NCBI GenBank assembly: GCA_021789915.1
Contig: JAJYIV010000002.1
Coordinates: 613 to 64,612, forward strand
Reading direction: 5' to 3'
Source: a bacterium
Lineage (GTDB): Bacteria > Patescibacteriota > Patescibacteriia > UBA9934 > GWF2-40-263
DNA length: 64,000 nucleotides
Shown: positions 42,872-51,349 of the stretch, in pieces
Position numbering within the stretch: the first letter of the stretch is position 1
Layout of the letters: each line of letters starts with the position of its first letter
Program-made: the position numbers and the translations under genes
The notes under the pieces: model-generated
The model's input: the letters and a program-made list of their open reading frames with translations, nothing else
What the model was told of the DNA's origin: nothing
Databases searched by the model: none

Positions 42872-42899
42872 AAAAATCCCCGCATGCGCGGGGATTTTT
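42872..42899. terminator. Bidirectional terminator
   Basis: AAAAATCCCCGC-ATGC-GCGGGGATTTTT. Confidence 0.85.
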
Positions 42900-42909
42900 C
42901 TGTCGACGT

Positions 42910-43191
42910 TTACAGCAGCGCGTCCTTGGCGGCCTTCGCGACGCGGAACTTCACCACCGTCTTGGCCGGGATCTGGATCGTGGCGCCCGTGGCCGGGTTG
43001 CGGCCCTGGCGCGCGGCGCGATGGACCTTCACCAGCTTGCCAATGCCAGGCAGGGCGAACTCGCCGGAAGACTTCACTTCCTTGTACGCCAGGTTGACGA
43101 GCTTCTCCATGAACATCGCCACGTCTTTTTTCGACATGCCGGACGCGTCCGCGAGAGCGCTCATCACCTGACTCTTCGTCATCTTGGCCAT
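42910..43191 (-). CDS. hup: DNA-binding protein HU
   Basis: MAKMTKSQVMSALA..FALPGIGKL..RNPATGATIQIPA is the HU/IHF signature. Confidence 0.93.
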   Translation of the reverse strand: MAKMTKSQVMSALADASGMSKKDVAMFMEKLVNLAYKEVKSSGEFALPGIGKLVKVHRAARQGRNPATGATIQIPAKTVVKFRVAKAAKDALL

Positions 43192-43262
43192 AAAGGCTGT
43201 GGATAAGATTAATTTTACGCAAATAGTATAGCAAGGCCTCTGAAAACGGGCCAGAAACGCCG

Positions 43263-43844
43263 TCAAGAGGATCTCGAGGGAACGGCCTTCCGATGCCCGA
43301 AGACGTATTCCATGCCCTTGCGCAGGATCGGGATCATGTCCGAATAACTGGAGGCCTGCAGAACCCGCTTGGCATTGACCCATCGCGCTTCGTACGCATG
43401 CTGGGTCGGATCCGGATGCAAGGCCGCCTGTTCCGGAGCCTCGAACAGATAATAATGAATGTCCTTGTGGACAAGGGCGCCGTGCTTCTCGAAGCGATCC
43501 CTGAACCAGATGTCAATCTTGCCCAGGTATTCCAGCAGGCGTATCTGCTCGAGGCCGAGCTCTTCCAAGGTCTCGCGCGCCGCGGCCTCCTCCAGCGTCT
43601 CCCCGTTTTCCACGCGGCCCTTCGGGAAGGCCCACTTGCCGTAGGAGTCGAGCATCACGGCGAAAAACACGCCGCGGGAAGTGCGCTTGAAGACGACGCC
43701 GCCTGCCGACACTTCCTGCACCGCCCGCTCGCCCGCCTGCCGGCCGCCGGACGGGCGGCCGGACAAGGAACGATCAACGCTTCCCGGCAAGGGCGGCCTG
43801 GATGATCGCAACGGCTTTTTCCTTTTGTACATCCCGCTTGTCAT
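43263..43844 (-). CDS. NUDIX hydrolase
   Basis: Nudix box GKWAFPKGRVENGETLEEAARETLEELG. The start may instead be the GTG at 43721, which avoids a 70-nt overlap. Confidence 0.8.
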   Translation of the reverse strand: MTSGMYKRKKPLRSSRPPLPGSVDRSLSGRPSGGRQAGERAVQEVSAGGVVFKRTSRGVFFAVMLDSYGKWAFPKGRVENGETLEEAAARETLEELGLEQIRLLEYLGKIDIWFRDRFEKHGALVHKDIHYYLFEAPEQAALHPDPTQHAYEARWVNAKRVLQASSYSDMIPILRKGMEYVFGHRKAVPSRSS

Positions 43845-45042
43845 GAATGTCCTTGTCCGTGAGGGCGACGACGACGTCCGGCGTGATGCCCGTGCCGTTG
43901 ATGCTGCGGTCTTTCGGCGTGTGCCACGCGGCGATGGTGACTTTCACCGCCGAGCCGTCGGAAAGGTCGATGAGATCCTGCACGGAGCCCTTGCCGAAGG
44001 TCTGCGTGCCCACCAGGGTCGCGAAGCCGTCATCCTGCAGGGCGCCGGCGACGATTTCGGACGCGGATGCGGATCCGCCGTCCACCAGGACGACGGTCGG
44101 CAACCCTGCCAGGCGCGCCGGCCCGTGGCCGTCGTATGTCTGGTCGTCGTTCGGCCCCTTCTCGCGCACGACGGTCCGGTCGCCCACCCAAGCGGACGCC
44201 ACGTCGATGGCGTCCGTGAGCAAGCCACCCGGATTGCCGCGCACGTCGAGGATGACGCCCTTCGCTCCCTGGGCCAGGGCGTCGGTCACCGCTTTGGAAA
44301 ACAGCGATGGCGTATCCGGCCCGAAGATGGAAATGGTGATGGTGGCGATCCCGTGATCCACGTTCGACGTCACGCTGTCCACCGTGATCGTGGCGCGGGT
44401 GATCGCGACGTCCTTCGGCGCCTCCTTGCCATGGCGCACCGTCAGGGTCACCTGCGTCCCGGCCTGGCCGCGGATCTTGCTCACCGCCTCGTCGACGGAC
44501 ATGCCCTGCGTGGACGCCTTGTCGATGGCCAGGATGGCGTCCCCGGCCGCCAGGCCGGCGCGCATCGCCGGCGTGTCCGGCAGCGGGGCGATGATCTGCA
44601 GCTGGCCGTTCTTGACGCCGATCTCGGCGCCGATGCCGTCGAAGGCGCCGTCCAGATCGTCCGTGAACTGCTTCGCTTCGTCCGGCGTCATGAACAGCGT
44701 GTAGGGGTCGCCGGCGCCTGCCACCAGCCCCTTGACGGCGCTGTCGTACAGGTTCTTGTCATCGAGCGGTTTGTAGAACCGCTGTTTCAGGATGCCCCAC
44801 ACCTCCCAAAACTGGTTGAAATCGACGTCTTTGCCGAGATGCAGGGAGGCCGGAGCCGATGCGCCCTGATTCGCGACGTCCGACGGGCGGGCGGAGGCGG
44901 GGGGCGCTTCCCCGCGGCCGACGACCATGCCGCTTGCGAATGAAAGCCCGACGGCAAAAAGGACGATCAGGGCGAGGAGCGCGCGCGGGAACGGCGGGCG
45001 CGGGCGTGGAAGGAAGGCGGAGTCGGGCATGGGCCACAGCAT
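43774..45042 (-). CDS. Carboxyl-terminal processing protease (S41)
   Basis: N-terminal TM segment, PDZ domain (GIGAEIG..AGLAAGDAILAID), and GNPGGLL with a catalytic Ser region. Confidence 0.9.
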   Translation of the reverse strand: MLWPMPDSAFLPRPRPPFPRALLALIVLFAVGLSFASGMVVGRGEAPPASARPSDVANQGASAPASLHLGKDVDFNQFWEVWGILKQRFYKPLDDKNLYDSAVKGLVAGAGDPYTLFMTPDEAKQFTDDLDGAFDGIGAEIGVKNGQLQIIAPLPDTPAMRAGLAAGDAILAIDKASTQGMSVDEAVSKIRGQAGTQVTLTVRHGKEAPKDVAITRATITVDSVTSNVDHGIATITISIFGPDTPSLFSKAVTDALAQGAKGVILDVRGNPGGLLTDAIDVASAWVGDRTVVREKGPNDDQTYDGHGPARLAGLPTVVLVDGGSASASEIVAGALQDDGFATLVGTQTFGKGSVQDLIDLSDGSAVKVTIAAWHTPKDRSINGTGITPDVVVALTDKDIHDKRDVQKEKAVAIIQAALAGKR

Positions 45043-45108
45043 ACCGGAACGGACGCGCTTCCGTCAAAAACTTCTCTTCTTCCCGCCGGCGCGTTACACT
45101 GCCTCGGT

Positions 45109-46440
45109 ATGTCCACGGGGATGCGCCGCGGCCTGGCTTGGGCGTTTGTCATCCTGTTCCTCATCAGCGCCCCGGTTGTCGTCCTGTACACGGCCGGGTA
45201 CCGGCTCAACCTCCCGTCCGGCCGCCTCGTGCAGACCGGCATCCTTTCCATCAGCAGCGTCCCGTCCGGCGCGCGGGTGCTGGTGGACGGCGTTTTGTCC
45301 GGCACGACGTCGGCGCTCGTCAAGAATCTGCTGCCGGGATCCCACCGCGTCGAGCTGCGCAAGGACGGCTATCTGCCGTGGAGCAAGACGCTGCCGATCG
45401 AAAGCCAGCGGACGACGTTCGTGCAGAACGCCGTCCTGAACGCGGACAAGCCGGCCGTGCTGCAACGCGCGGCTTCGGCCGGCGCGGGCGCGTTCGCCCG
45501 CGCGACGGGAAACGCCGCGTACGTGCGGCAGGGCAAGGTCTGGAATGAGATCTGGTCCTATCAGCCGCAGGACGGCGGCGACCGTTTGGTCGCGCGGCGG
45601 CCGTCTTCCGACGGCATGCCGGCGCTCGCCTGGTCGCCGGACGGCACCACGCTGGCGATTTCAACGGGTTCCGGCCCGTCGCGTTCCGTCTCGCTGGTCA
45701 ACGTGGACGACGGACGGCGCTTCGACCTTCCCGCCAAATCGGGAACGCCCGCCGGCTGGGATGCGGGCACGGGCGCGGCGTATCTTCTTTCGGCGAAGGA
45801 CGGGATCTCGAGCGCGGACGTGGACGGCGACGTGGTTTCCATCGCGCCGTCGCCCGCCCTGGCGCTCGAAACGTCCGCGGACGGCTCCTATGCCATCGTG
45901 GCGGCGGAAGGCGAGCGCCTTGCCGTCGTCCATCGGCAGGCGAACGGCGTTTCGCTGGTCGGCTATGTCCCGATGGGGAATTACCGGTTCGCGCCGGCGC
46001 CGGACGGCTGGCTTGCGCTGGACGACGCCGACCGCCAATCGCTCATCGTCCTGGACGGAAACGGATCGGGGGCCGCCGTGCTGACGGCGAATGCGTCGCA
46101 ATGGCAGTGGGAGCCGAAGGGACGCCGCCTGCTGTACACCGACGGACATGAGTTGCACCTGTTCGATCCGCTCGGCGGCGGAGACGAGACCTTGACCCGC
46201 GTCTCGGATCCCATCACCGGCATCGCCTGGCGCGTCGGGCTTGACGCCGCCTTGTACGCGCAAGGGGCGCAGCTCGTTTCGATCGAGTTCGACCGGCGCG
46301 ACGGGCGCGAAACGGCGACGCTGGCGCAAGGCAACGGCTTCCAAAGCCTGTGGACGGACCCGTCGGGAAAGACGGCATTCACGTTCGGAAGCTTGGACGG
46401 CGGAAAGACGAGCGGGCTGATCAGCCGGGGGCTGGAGTGA
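45109..46440 (+). CDS. PEGA-domain protein with a beta-propeller-like C-terminal region
   Basis: TM segment followed by a PEGA-like motif (SVPSGARVLVDG..GSHRVELRKDGYLPW). Confidence 0.65.
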   Translation: MSTGMRRGLAWAFVILFLISAPVVVLYTAGYRLNLPSGRLVQTGILSISSVPSGARVLVDGVLSGTTSALVKNLLPGSHRVELRKDGYLPWSKTLPIESQRTTFVQNAVLNADKPAVLQRAASAGAGAFARATGNAAYVRQGKVWNEIWSYQPQDGGDRLVARRPSSDGMPALAWSPDGTTLAISTGSGPSRSVSLVNVDDGRRFDLPAKSGTPAGWDAGTGAAYLLSAKDGISSADVDGDVVSIAPSPALALETSADGSYAIVAAEGERLAVVHRQANGVSLVGYVPMGNYRFAPAPDGWLALDDADRQSLIVLDGNGSGAAVLTANASQWQWEPKGRRLLYTDGHELHLFDPLGGGDETLTRVSDPITGIAWRVGLDAALYAQGAQLVSIEFDRRDGRETATLAQGNGFQSLWTDPSGKTAFTFGSLDGGKTSGLISRGLE

Positions 46441-46590
46441 TGGAGTCAGAAGTCAGAAGTCAGAAGTCAGGGCGGAGGAGTAGCCAGGAGCATGTAGTTC
46501 GTAGTCAGGGCGAGACACGCGGGCTAAAGCCTAACACCTGCCGAATGCCGAATGCCGCCGGCTGAAACCTAGAACCTGAAACCTAAAGCC
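46441..46590. repeat. Mosaic of 7-nt-periodic repeats
   Basis: AAGTCAG x4, CTAAAGC/CTAACAC, CCGAATG x2, then TGAAACC-TAGAACC-TGAAACC-TAAAGCC. Confidence 0.85.
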
Positions 46591-46601
46591 CAACGCCTCA
46601 C

Positions 46602-46643
46602 AAAAAATCGCCCCGCCTCCTCGTCGTGAGGAAGCGGGGCTTT
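46602..46643. terminator. Terminator hairpin between convergent genes
   Basis: GCCCCGCCTCCTC..GAGGAAGCGGGGC, flanked by A6 and TTT. Confidence 0.6.
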
Positions 46644-46659
46644 GCGTTGGAGCGCCGGT

Positions 46660-47520
46660 CTAGACGAGCGGCGGGAACACGTCGGGCTGCCGCGCGACGG
46701 CGCGCGTGTAGCGGTGCAGAGCCGCGAGCGTGAAGCCGTCGTAGAACGCGCCGCGCTCCTCGAGTTCGTCCGCCTGCGCCTGCGTGAAGTACTGCACACG
46801 CAGGATGGCCTCGTTGGGGTCGGTCATGTCCGGCGGCAGCGTGCGGGACGGATCGACGACGGCCGCCATCAAGTCCACGAGGTGGACCGACTGGCCGGTG
46901 TTGTCGCAGACCTGGCCGAGCGAACCGACGACGCGCACGGCCGTCCCCATCTCCTCCTGCGCCTCGCGGACGGCCGCGTCCGTACCGGCCTCGCCCGCCT
47001 TGGCGTAGCCGCGCGGGATTTCCCAGACCTCGCGGCCGAGCACGTCGCCGACGAACAGGCCGTCGAACGCCCGTCGAAACGCGCCGGCGGCGTACGCTCC
47101 GTTCTGCGAATCCGCAGCGAACGCCTTGGCGAAGGAGGAAAACCCTCCGGCCATCGCGAAATCGGCCAGCTCGCGCTTGAAACGCGCCCAAGCCGCGCGC
47201 ACGTCTTCCTCGCGCTCGGGCTTGATCTGGTAGCGCACGCGCTTCTGCAGGCCGAGCAGGCCGCCCGCTCGCACGTCGGCCTGGTCGATGAGTTTGACGA
47301 CGAGGGTCGCGCCGCCGCCGGCCTCGAGCCGCATGAGGTGCCTGTACTTGTGGCGCTCCACGCCGTCGGCACCGACGTCCACGAAGTCCAAACCGAGATA
47401 CCCCACCGGCACGGCGGGCTTCAGCAGGAGCAGAGCGGAGTCCACCCCCTCAGGACACAGCACCCACTCAGGCTTGTCGAAGAACGCATTGCCGCGAACT
47501 GCCTTGATTGCTTCCGTCAT
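46660..47520 (-). CDS. NUDIX-domain protein with an N-terminal extension
   Basis: Start MTEAIKAV, with a GGGAGGA RBS. Nudix-like box GYAKAGEAGTDAAVREAQEEMG. Confidence 0.6.
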   Translation of the reverse strand: MTEAIKAVRGNAFFDKPEWVLCPEGVDSALLLLKPAVPVGYLGLDFVDVGADGVERHKYRHLMRLEAGGGATLVVKLIDQADVRAGGLLGLQKRVRYQIKPEREEDVRAAWARFKRELADFAMAGGFSSFAKAFAADSQNGAYAAGAFRRAFDGLFVGDVLGREVWEIPRGYAKAGEAGTDAAVREAQEEMGTAVRVVGSLGQVCDNTGQSVHLVDLMAAVVDPSRTLPPDMTDPNEAILRVQYFTQAQADELEERGAFYDGFTLAALHRYTRAVARQPDVFPPLV

Positions 47521-47655
47521 CGTTCCTCCCGTTCCATCCGGACCCCATGTCAGGACTCGGCCTGCCACTCAGGGCAAAACCGAGGCGGTACTTTAGCAAG
47601 CACGCCGAATCCGTCAATGGACAGGATGCGAGAGCATTGTTAGCATGGCCGGGCT

Positions 47656-48579
47656 ATGCGCATCATCCTTCTCGGCGCCGACGGGCGGCTCGGCACGGCG
47701 CTGCGGCGCGTGCTGCCGCAGTATGCGTGGATCGCGCCGACACGCGAGGCGCTCGACGTCCTCGACCGCGCGGCGGTCGACGCGTATCTTGCGGCGCATC
47801 CCGCGGACGTGCTCGTGAACGCGATCGCGGACAACCGCGTGGACGATGCGGAGACGGATCCGGCGCCGGCGCAGCGGCTCAACGCCGACCTTCCCGGCCT
47901 GCTCGCGGAAGCCGCGGCCGCGCACGACATGCCGTTCGTCCACTTCTCGACGGACTACGAGTTCGACGGGACGAAGCGCGACGGCTATGTCGAGAGTGAC
48001 GAACCGCATCCGCTCAGCGTCTACGGCCGCACGAAAGCGGAAGGGACGAAACGCGCGCTCGGAAAAAATCCGCGCGCGTACGTCGTCCGCCTCTCGCGTC
48101 TCTACGGCGAGCCTGGGACGTTCCCGGGCGCGAAGCGCAGCTTCGTGGAAATCATCCTGGACCAGGCCTCGCGCGAAGCGCGCTTCGAGGTGAACGACGC
48201 GGAAGTTTCCGCGCCGACGTGGGTGGATGACGTCGCGCGGCATTTGGACCAGTACATCCTGCAGCCCTCGTCCCTTCTACCCACTACCCACGACCCAAGA
48301 CCCCTTTCCCCCGGCCTCTACCACATGGCCAATCAAGGCGGCGCCACATGGTACGAGTGGGCCAAGGCGATCATCGAGCTGAAGGGGTTGCCCAACGAGA
48401 TCGTGCCGCGCGCGCCGACGGCGCGGCCGGCCAAGCGTCCGGCGTTTTCCGCGCTGCGCTCGACGAAGATTCCGCCCATGCGTCCGTGGCGCGAAGCGCT
48501 TGAGGAGTATCTTTGTTGTCATCCCGAGGGAGCACAGCGACCGAGGGATCCGCTAGATTCTTCGCTTTGCTCAGAATGA
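47656..48579 (+). CDS. rfbD: dTDP-4-dehydrorhamnose reductase
   Basis: MRIILLGADGRLG.., STDYEFDG and YGRTKAEG motifs. The last ~20 codons and the stop are supplied by a palindromic repeat. Confidence 0.85.
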   Translation: MRIILLGADGRLGTALRRVLPQYAWIAPTREALDVLDRAAVDAYLAAHPADVLVNAIADNRVDDAETDPAPAQRLNADLPGLLAEAAAAHDMPFVHFSTDYEFDGTKRDGYVESDEPHPLSVYGRTKAEGTKRALGKNPRAYVVRLSRLYGEPGTFPGAKRSFVEIILDQASREARFEVNDAEVSAPTWVDDVARHLDQYILQPSSLLPTTHDPRPLSPGLYHMANQGGATWYEWAKAIIELKGLPNEIVPRAPTARPAKRPAFSALRSTKIPPMRPWREALEEYLCCHPEGAQRPRDPLDSSLCSE

Positions 48580-48580
48580 C
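48518..48580. repeat. Palindromic element (GTCATCCCGAG..CTCAGAATGAC type)
   Basis: Terminal inverted repeat GTCATCCCGAGG / GCTCAGAATGAC. Contains the rfbD stop codon. Confidence 0.8.
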
Positions 48581-48588
48581 AAAGGATT

Positions 48589-49152
48589 ATGCCCATTCTT
48601 CCTCCCATCGAACTCGGCATCGCCGGCTGCCGGCTGGAACCCCAGCCGCTGTTCGGCGACGCGACCGGCGGCGTGCAGCACATTCTTTCCGGCGGCGAGA
48701 AAAACCCGCAATGGTTCGGCGGACCGATTCTCGACGTCTACGCCTGCTTCAGCACGCCCGGTACGTCGCGCGGCGGGCATTATCATCCCGTCCTAAACGA
48801 GCTGTTTGAAACGGTGTCCGGCACGTCGTTGTGGATCGTTTCCGATTTCCGAGACGATTCCCCGACCAAGGGGAAGACCGCCGCGTGCATCATAGGATGG
48901 AAGAAGCCGGCGGACGCGCACGGGCTTCCCTGCCACACGTTCGAAGGCGAAGGATCGCTCGCGCGCCTGCGCATCCCCGCCGGCGTGTATCACGCCGTCT
49001 TCGCGCTCGGCACCGGGCCTTCCTTGTCCGTGGCGCTCGGCACCACCGGCTTTGACGCGAACGATTACCGCTACCCCGCTCCCGAGGACGTCCCCGGCAT
49101 GAAAGAAATCCTGGACCGTTTCGGCCTGAAGATGCCGGCGAAGAAAACATAA
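48589..49152 (+). CDS. Cupin-fold sugar epimerase/isomerase (RmlC/FdtA-like)
   Basis: AAAGGA RBS. RGGHYHP..ELF..SG cupin motif. Adjacent to rfbD. Confidence 0.55.
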   Translation: MPILPPIELGIAGCRLEPQPLFGDATGGVQHILSGGEKNPQWFGGPILDVYACFSTPGTSRGGHYHPVLNELFETVSGTSLWIVSDFRDDSPTKGKTAACIIGWKKPADAHGLPCHTFEGEGSLARLRIPAGVYHAVFALGTGPSLSVALGTTGFDANDYRYPAPEDVPGMKEILDRFGLKMPAKKT

Positions 49153-49181
49153 AAACCGCGTCTCTGACGATTGAGACGCGG
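49151..49181 (-). terminator. Terminator for the minus-strand gene 49199..50092
   Basis: CCGCGTCTC..GAGACGCGG, with TTTTT on the minus strand. Confidence 0.65.
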
Positions 49182-49198
49182 GGAGGTTCATCGACGAG

Positions 49199-50092
49199 TC
49201 AGCCGGCGATTTTTTCGTCCGCGGACCGAACCTCGAGACGCTGCACCTCGAACAGTTCCGCTGTACGGGGACAGCGCTTCCACAGATCACTGATCAATGC
49301 GCACACATCCTCACCCTCACGGAAGAGGAGGTACGGCGGAGCGCCGTAGCGCCAGCGGCAGGCGATGATACCCGTCGTATGCCCGTGAACCGGCTGATGA
49401 CGCCGCCAACTCGTGTAACAGTAACTGTCCCAGTGTGCCTTCCGTCCATCATGCTCCGAGAGCTGTTCGACCGTCTTCTCCGGATCGCCGTCGTCGGCGC
49501 CCTGTTCCGGCAGATCGACGGCTTCGACATGCAGTTCCTCCGACGTCGGGTGCTCCACGGGCGGCGGGACGTTCAGGCTGCACACCGCGAACAGCTTGGC
49601 CGTGCGGGGGCAAAGCCTCCACAGCTTTTCGTACACTTCGTCGGGACTTTCGCCGAAAAGGAGAAACGGCGGGGCCCCGTAACGCCACCGACAGGCGAAC
49701 CATCCTTCCGCGTGTCCGTTGATCGGCCGTTGATCTCGCCACGACGCGTACTCCCTGCTGAGGTAAAGCACGCGCGTGCCGTCCTCCAAGAGCTGCTCGG
49801 TCGTCCTCTGCGGATCGCCCCTGTCGCCGCCCATGTCTGGAAGATCGACGGCTTCGACATCCATGGCATGAGCATCGTTCACGTTCACCGGCAGGCTTAC
49901 CTCGTCGCACTCGAGCCTTTCGCCCGTTCTGTGCGCCGTAAGGAAGACGCGCCAGCGCAGAACATCGACGGCGCTGTCGAGGTTTCCTTCCCTTCGCCAC
50001 ACCTCCATCATGGCCGTAACGAGGCTCTTGGTGAACCTCTTCTCGAAGAAGAGCGCCCAGAAAATCCTGACCTTCCAAAAGAACGCTCGCAT
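49199..50092 (-). CDS. Hypothetical protein with an internal ~100-aa tandem duplication
   Basis: Two copies of VEAVDLP..GDP..EQL..SWR..GH..ACRWRYGAPP.LLF..LW..CPRTA.LF. Confidence 0.6.
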   Translation of the reverse strand: MRAFFWKVRIFWALFFEKRFTKSLVTAMMEVWRREGNLDSAVDVLRWRVFLTAHRTGERLECDEVSLPVNVNDAHAMDVEAVDLPDMGGDRGDPQRTTEQLLEDGTRVLYLSREYASWRDQRPINGHAEGWFACRWRYGAPPFLLFGESPDEVYEKLWRLCPRTAKLFAVCSLNVPPPVEHPTSEELHVEAVDLPEQGADDGDPEKTVEQLSEHDGRKAHWDSYCYTSWRRHQPVHGHTTGIIACRWRYGAPPYLLFREGEDVCALISDLWKRCPRTAELFEVQRLEVRSADEKIAG

Positions 50093-50235
50093 GACGGCCT
50101 CCAGACCGCCGGATGGCGGTCGAATCCTTCGGCTGTCGGACGACGCGCCGACCGCCTGGCCATACCGTAGAAAAAGGCGGCGGCCCTGTCAATCCGCGTC
50201 GCTTCGGTGTCGCTTCGGCCTGCCGCTGCCGGTGT

Positions 50236-51348
50236 TCACCACCTTACGATCGCCAGCACCAGCGCCTTGAAGGCCGCCAGCAGCGGATCGACCAGCGCGC
50301 GCTTCCAGGCGGGCGACACTTGCGCGGATTCCACCGTCGACGCCATCAGGCGCAGGAGATCGCGGTCAGGCACGGTGCGGATCTGCGCGGCCAGCGCCCG
50401 ACGCTCGGCGATCCACGCCCACGTACTCGGCTTCCAAAAGAACGCCCACGCCCGCAGTTTCTTGCCCGCCCAGCCGGAACGCAGCGCGAAGAGAAACGTC
50501 ACGGCGTCCGCCGCGAGCATCGGCAGCAGCAGCACGGCGAGCGTCTTCGCCTTGAGATTGGACAGCGCGCACACCCAGCGGTTGCGCTCCATCCAATAGA
50601 ACTTCTTCATGCTGCGGTTGAACTCGTAGTGATGGGACACGACCGACCGGTCCGCATAGCCGATGCCGAGCCCCGCAAGCCGCGCGCGCCACGAGAGGTC
50701 CGTGTCCTCGTGGTACATGTAGTAGCGCGCGTCGAAAATCCCGCCGATCTTTTCGAGCGCGGACATCCGCACCAGCACCGCGGCGCCGGACGCGTAGAAT
50801 ACGGGCGCCTGCCTGCCGGCAGGCAGGTCTTTGATCTTCGCCGCCGCCTCGGGCGTCAGGTTTTCGCCAAGCGCATAGCCGTAGCCCAGGATCTGCAGCG
50901 CGTTGCCGATCGAGTTGAGCTTCTCCGGATCCTGCAGCAGCATGAGACGCGACTGGATGACGGCGTCCTGGGGATGCATTTCCGCGTACGCGACAGCCTC
51001 GCGCAGAAACCCAGGATCCACCGCCGTATCCTGGTTGAGCAGATAGACGTACTCGGCGCCCCAGGCACGCGCGTGCTCCACGCCGACGACGTTCGCGCCG
51101 GCGTAGCCGAGGTCGCGCACGTTCGGATGCAGCTCCATCTCCGGCAACGTCTTCCCTGCTTTGGGCAGCCAGTCGCTCGTGAGGAATGGGATGGACGCCC
51201 CGTGCGGCGACGGATTCTCCACGTCGATGATGCGCCAACATTCCTTTGGGTAATCGACATGCTCGAGCGACGCCAAACATCGCCCGATTTCCTCCGGCGA
51301 GCTCGGCGTGTAGTACGAAAGGTAGATGACGGCGACCTTGGGAGGCAT
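50236..51348 (-). CDS. Glycosyltransferase family 2
   Basis: Start MPPKVAVIYLSYY. DxD-type YLLNQDT and YMYHEDTDLSWR motifs. Confidence 0.85.
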   Translation of the reverse strand: MPPKVAVIYLSYYTPSSPEEIGRCLASLEHVDYPKECWRIIDVENPSPHGASIPFLTSDWLPKAGKTLPEMELHPNVRDLGYAGANVVGVEHARAWGAEYVYLLNQDTAVDPGFLREAVAYAEMHPQDAVIQSRLMLLQDPEKLNSIGNALQILGYGYALGENLTPEAAAKIKDLPAGRQAPVFYASGAAVLVRMSALEKIGGIFDARYYMYHEDTDLSWRARLAGLGIGYADRSVVSHHYEFNRSMKKFYWMERNRWVCALSNLKAKTLAVLLLPMLAADAVTFLFALRSGWAGKKLRAWAFFWKPSTWAWIAERRALAAQIRTVPDRDLLRLMASTVESAQVSPAWKRALVDPLLAAFKALVLAIVRW

Positions 51349-51349
51349 A

